A model generated the notes under the pieces. It had not been told where the DNA came from. It did no database searches and saw only the letters and a program-made list of their open reading frames with translations. From an uncultured Chloroflexia bacterium (GTDB lineage Bacteria > Chloroflexota > Chloroflexia > QHBQ01 > JADMIH01): a DNA stretch of 64,000 nucleotides. A program made the translations under genes and the position numbers. Of this stretch, positions 59,865 to 64,000 are shown one piece after another. Positions within the stretch are counted from its first letter, which is position 1; every line of letters begins with the position of its first letter. Location of the stretch: assembly GCA_963797095.1 (NCBI GenBank), contig CAWCNY010000006.1:640001-704000 (forward strand). Direction: 5' to 3'.

Positions 59865-60043
59865 TATATGAAGGCAGGAATATACCTGACGGAAAACAGG
59901 CTCTCGAATCTTCGCAACAAACGGAATCCGCCAGACGTCCCCAGCAGAACACATCAAACGTGCGGCACGTGTGGAAAACTCCACTCGACACTATCCGATG
60001 GCCTAAACTGAATAGTCCAGGGACCATTCACAGAACGACCCAC

Positions 60044-60073
60044 ACTCCGCATTCCACACTCCGAATTCCGCAC
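60044..60073. repeat. Heptamer repeat, right arm before ftsW
   Basis: ACTCCGC ATTCCAC ACTCCGA ATTCCGC. Confidence 0.8.
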
Positions 60074-60084
60074 CAACCAAGCTT

Positions 60085-61239
60085 ATGAGCACTCGCGCCC
60101 GCAGATTTGATCGCCCCGATTACTGGATACTGGCCGTCGTCGGTATCCTCTGTATCATCGGCGTCCTCATGGTCTTTTCCTCCAGCGGGATCGACCAGGA
60201 GAACAGCAACCTCATCACCAAGCATATCTTCTCGCTGGGCGTCGGTATGGTCGCCATGTTCATAACCATGAGTGTGCCCTACCAGCGCCTTCGCAGGTTC
60301 TCGGTGCCTCTCCTCGTCTTCAGCGCCGTCCTCCTGATGGTGGTGTACGTGATAGCCGAGCCTGTCAACGGTGCCAAGCGCTGGCTCGACCTCGGGATTA
60401 CCACCTTCCAACCCTCGGAGCTGGTCAAGTTCGCGCTTGTCCTCTACCTGGCCGATTGGTGCTACAGCAAGGGCGAGCAGGTGCGCGATCTCTCCAACGG
60501 GCTTGTGCCCTTCGGAATCGTGCTGGGATTCCTGGGTGGCCTCGTCTTCATCGAACCTGACATGGGCACCATGCTCGTTATCTTCGCAATCGGAGTCACC
60601 ATGTACTTCGTGGCGGGTGCCGCCATCCCGCACCTGCTGGGAGGTTTCGTCCTGGCGGCGGCGGGTTTTGTACTGGCTGCCCTCGCCGAGCCATACAGGT
60701 TCGCCCGCATCCTCTCCTTCCTCGACCCCTACAATCCCGCCGAGGAGTTGGGCACCAACTACCACATATTCCAATCGTTGATCACCCTCGGTTCGGGTGG
60801 CCTCACAGGCCAGGGCCTGGGCGCATCACGCGGCAAGTACGGCTGGCTCCCTGAGCAGTCCACCGATGCCATCTTTTCCGTTTGGGGGCAAGAGGTCGGC
60901 TTCCTGGGGGCCATGCTCCTGATCAGCCTCTTCATCGTCCTGGCCTGGCGCGGCTTCCGCGTGGCACGCCTCGCCCCCGACGGTTTTACCGCCTTGCTGT
61001 CGGCAGGGCTTACCACCTGGGTAATAGCCCAGGCGATGATCAATATAGGCGCGGTCAGTGGCGCGATCCCCTTCACGGGCGTGCCCCTCCCCTTCGTGAG
61101 TTACGGAGGCTCCTCCCTGATAATCACCCTGTCAGGCGTCGGTCTCCTGCTCAACTTGAGTCGCTACGCAACCTCCGAGCGCACAGCCCCCGCAACGTCC
61201 GGACTAAGAGTATTGAGGCTAGATAGAAGCAACACGTAA
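60085..61239 (+). CDS. ftsW: SEDS protein FtsW
   Basis: NGAKRW, FQPSELVK, EPDMGT, LPEQSTD, PFTGVPLPFVSYGGSS. Confidence 0.96.
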   Translation: MSTRARRFDRPDYWILAVVGILCIIGVLMVFSSSGIDQENSNLITKHIFSLGVGMVAMFITMSVPYQRLRRFSVPLLVFSAVLLMVVYVIAEPVNGAKRWLDLGITTFQPSELVKFALVLYLADWCYSKGEQVRDLSNGLVPFGIVLGFLGGLVFIEPDMGTMLVIFAIGVTMYFVAGAAIPHLLGGFVLAAAGFVLAALAEPYRFARILSFLDPYNPAEELGTNYHIFQSLITLGSGGLTGQGLGASRGKYGWLPEQSTDAIFSVWGQEVGFLGAMLLISLFIVLAWRGFRVARLAPDGFTALLSAGLTTWVIAQAMINIGAVSGAIPFTGVPLPFVSYGGSSLIITLSGVGLLLNLSRYATSERTAPATSGLRVLRLDRSNT

Positions 61240-61240
61240 C

Positions 61241-61337
61241 CACTGCATACTACATATTGCTTAGTACCAGGGCATGTTAGCATCAGCATAAACTGTGCTT
61301 TGACGCAAGATGCAGTACGCAGTGCGGAGTACGCAAT
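61241..61337. repeat. Heptamer inverted-repeat element (TACTGC/GCAGTA)
   Basis: CACTGC ATACTAC ATATTGC TTAGTAC ... AGTACGC AGTGCGG AGTACGC AAT. Confidence 0.75.
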
Positions 61338-61343
61338 AAAGGC

Positions 61344-61952
61344 ATGGTAATTACTCTCGAATGGTGGCAATGGGTGCTTCCGGCGGTGTTCCTGGCCGTG
61401 GTGGCCGGGCTTTACATGGGCTGGAAGATCATGGGCCTGTGGACTATCGGGGTTTTCTTCAGCGGCCTGGTGGCTGCCAAGCTTGGGCCAAAGCTCGACC
61501 TGCTGCTCAGTAAGCTGTTGAGCGTCATGGGCCAGTTCGCCGCTATCGCCACCGACAAGCCCGAAGACACGATCACCACGCCCAAAATCGAGATCGCTTC
61601 CCCCTGGGAGCCGGTGGCGACCGCGGCGCTTTTTATCTCGCTGGTGATTTTCTCGTGGTGGGTGGCTCGCAAGCTGGCATCTCGCTCAGGTGGCCTTATC
61701 GACAGCCTGATCGGTGGGGTCTTCGGTGCGTTGGCCTCCGTGCTTGCTTTATCGCAGGCGTTCGACTACTGGGCCGATTTCGTCCAGCGGAGCGGCACCA
61801 ACCCCACCAGTGCCACCCCACAAATATCGATTGGAGTGGCCGCCCTTCCATCCACCAACCCGCTTGTCGGCATGGCGACGGTGGCCCTCGGCCTTTTCCT
61901 GCTGATCGTAATCGTGTACACTATCTGGCGGGCGGCAAAAGCAGCCCTCTAG
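61344..61952 (+). CDS. Multi-pass membrane protein (CvpA-like)
   Basis: About five hydrophobic segments; IDSLIGGVFG resembles the CvpA-family D..LG..FG motif. Confidence 0.55.
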   Translation: MVITLEWWQWVLPAVFLAVVAGLYMGWKIMGLWTIGVFFSGLVAAKLGPKLDLLLSKLLSVMGQFAAIATDKPEDTITTPKIEIASPWEPVATAALFISLVIFSWWVARKLASRSGGLIDSLIGGVFGALASVLALSQAFDYWADFVQRSGTNPTSATPQISIGVAALPSTNPLVGMATVALGLFLLIVIVYTIWRAAKAAL

Positions 61953-61954
61953 AG

Positions 61955-62008
61955 AATGCGGAATGCCAATATCATTCCTGACTTAGAACTCCGCATTCCG
62001 CATTCCAC
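61955..62008. repeat. Heptamer inverted-repeat element (AATGCGG/CCGCATT)
   Basis: AATGCGG AATGCC ... ACTCCGC ATTCCGC ATTCCAC just before the murC ATG. Confidence 0.75.
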
Positions 62009-62009
62009 C

Positions 62010-64000
62010 ATGACACTCCATTGGCACTTCATTGGCATAGGCGGCGCGGGCATGAGCGCGCTTGCCGCTGCTCTGCTCGAGTCGGGGGCTAAAGTCTCCG
62101 GCTCCGATGCCGTCGAATCCGACGCTACTGGTGACCTTCGGGCACACGGGGCCATTATCACCGTCGGCCACAGCGCTGCCAACCTTGGGAATCCCCCGCC
62201 CGACCGTGTGGTAGTCACCGCCGCCCTCCAGCCTGACAACGAGGAATGGCTTGAAGCCCAGCGCCTCAATGTGCCCATCGTTAAGCGCGCGGCCCTCCTG
62301 GGGCAGTTGATGGACACCCGCCGTGGCGTGGCGGTGGCGGGCACCCACGGCAAGACCACCACCTCGGCGATGCTTGCCTGGGCGCTGGCCCGCGCCGGAC
62401 GCGACCCGTCTTACATGGTCGGCAGCACCATCCGTGGCCTCAGTTCCGGCGGTCATTGGGGAGGTGGGCGCGACCTTGTGGCCGAAGCCGACGAGTACGA
62501 CCGCTCCTTCCTGCACCTCCACCCCGAAGTGGCGATCATCACCAACATCGAGACCGACCACCTCGAATACTACGGTTCGGTGGAGGCTATCTTCGGGGCA
62601 TTCGCCGAGTTCGCTCTCAACATCAAACGCGGCGGTCTCCTGGTGCTCTGCGGCGACGATGCCGGGGCGCGTAAGCTTGGTCAAGAGCTATCCGAAGGCT
62701 CTCCTCCCTTCCGTGTACAATACTACGGCTCGTCCTCAGATGCCCTCTGGAGGCCGGGAGCCATAGGAGCCAACACTCAGGGCGGCAGCGACTTCACAGT
62801 CCTTTACAACGGCAGTGAGGCCGCGCGCGTTTCCCTTCGCATCCCTGGCAGGCACAACGTCCTCAATGCCCTTGGCGCGATTGCTGCTCTTGCTGAGCTT
62901 GGCATCCAGCCTGACCAGTCGGCGCAACTACTCCATGATTTTGAGGGCAGCGGGCGTCGCTTCGAGGTCAAGGGCGAAGCCTGGGGCGTGACCGTTGTGG
63001 ACGATTATGGCCACCACCCAACCGAGATCAGCGCAACCCTCGCCGCAGCCCGCCAGCGCTACCCAAACCGCCGCCTCTACCTGGTATTCCAGCCGCATAC
63101 CTACACGCGCACCCGCGATTTTCTCGGCGACTTCGCCGCCGCACTCAGCGAAGCCGACAGGTGCATTGTCACCGAGATATACGCCTCTCGCGAGCACGAC
63201 ACCCTGGGCATGAGCGGCAGGGACATCGTACAGCGTATGACGGGTGCAAACGTAGAGTTCGCCGCCACCCTCGAAGAAGCCCGTGATCTTCTGCTGGACG
63301 ACTTGCAGCCCGGTGACGTGCTGCTCACGATGGGCGCTGGCGATATTACCAAGCTGGCCGGATGGGTGCTGGACGACCTTCAAGAACGGGCGATGGATGA
63401 TAGATGGGACGTGGAGGACGAAGGACGCCTGCCGACTAAGCTACATATCCCGGTAGCTACCAAGTGGCATAGTGCTGTCCCACAAGCGGCCAGGAGTTCC
63501 TGGCGCTTCACTCCTGACCTCGCAGGCGAGTTACAGGATGCCACGGGCCTACAGGTCGTAAGCGATGAGCCGATGAGCAAGCACAACTCTTTGCGCATTG
63601 GCGGTCCTGCACAATTGTTTGTAGCCCCTGATACCACCGATCAATTGGTCAAAGCTGTCCTATTCGCCCGGCGGCGAGCAATACCGCACCTGGTGATAGG
63701 CAACGGCACCAATATAATGGCCGGGGATTACGGCATAGAGGGGCTGGTGATCCACAACCGCACCCGCGACATATCCCATGAGGTTGAAAATGGCGGCCAA
63801 ACCAGCATCTGGACGGTATCCTCCGGCGTGCTGTTCAGCAGGTTGGCGCGCCTCACCTGCGAGGCCGGCTGGGCAGGCCTTGAATGGTCGAACAGCGTGC
63901 CGGGCAGCGTTGGCGGTGGCGTGGTCAGTAACGCCGGAGCGCACGGCAAAGAACTAAAGGACAACCTCATAGACATCCAGGTGCTTACATTGGAAGGTGT
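62010..64000 (+). CDS. murC: MurC-MurB fusion protein (runs off right edge)
   Basis: Manual translation: [45 protein letters not shown], then with no stop [30 protein letters not shown] (MurB). Confidence 0.9.
   Translation, partial: MTLHWHFIGIGGAGMSALAAALLESGAKVSGSDAVESDATGDLRAHGAIITVGHSAANLGNPPPDRVVVTAALQPDNEEWLEAQRLNVPIVKRAALLGQLMDTRRGVAVAGTHGKTTTSAMLAWALARAGRDPSYMVGSTIRGLSSGGHWGGGRDLVAEADEYDRSFLHLHPEVAIITNIETDHLEYYGSVEAIFGAFAEFALNIKRGGLLVLCGDDAGARKLGQELSEGSPPFRVQYYGSSSDALWRPGAIGANTQGGSDFTVLYNGSEAARVSLRIPGRHNVLNALGAIAALAELGIQPDQSAQLLHDFEGSGRRFEVKGEAWGVTVVDDYGHHPTEISATLAAARQRYPNRRLYLVFQPHTYTRTRDFLGDFAAALSEADRCIVTEIYASREHDTLGMSGRDIVQRMTGANVEFAATLEEARDLLLDDLQPGDVLLTMGAGDITKLAGWVLDDLQERAMDDRWDVEDEGRLPTKLHIPVATKWHSAVPQAARSSWRFTPDLAGELQDATGLQVVSDEPMSKHNSLRIGGPAQLFVAPDTTDQLVKAVLFARRRAIPHLVIGNGTNIMAGDYGIEGLVIHNRTRDISHEVENGGQTSIWTVSSGVLFSRLARLTCEAGWAGLEWSNSVPGSVGGGVVSNAGAHGKELKDNLIDIQVLTLEG

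Overview
GC-rich bacterial chromosome segment, most likely Chloroflexota (inferred from gene content, SLH protein style and GAAC-N4-GTTC LexA-type boxes). The first ~11.5 kb is accessory: LLM oxidoreductase, TrpB2, a nucleotidyltransferase, an IS701-family IS, a decayed ISAs1, murJ, an SLH protein and tRNA-Pro. Core clusters follow: a str operon split by a Uma2 gene and lacking tuf, the S10-spc-alpha ribosomal cluster, rplM-rpsI, mreBCD-mrdA-minC, murT-gatD and the dcw cluster (mraZ to a murC-murB fusion running off the right edge). The main unexplained signal is about 40 short elements made of degenerate 7-nt tandem repeats, mostly as inverted left/right arms. They fill most intra-operon spacers, often from the upstream stop codon to the downstream Shine-Dalgarno. 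One copy is 'full' and encloses a four-helix-bundle (23S-IVS protein/Avd-like) gene, and others are translated in frame inside MurT, MurD and probably the MurC-MurB linker. Other oddities are a ribosomal uL4 fused to a lamin-tail-like domain, tandem mraY paralogues with complementary motif changes, many ribosomal protein and RpoA tail extensions, a divergent IF-1, candidate S10 and S4 leaders, and a small gene with a LexA-type box. All assignments come from manual reading of the sequence; no searches or folding programs were run.
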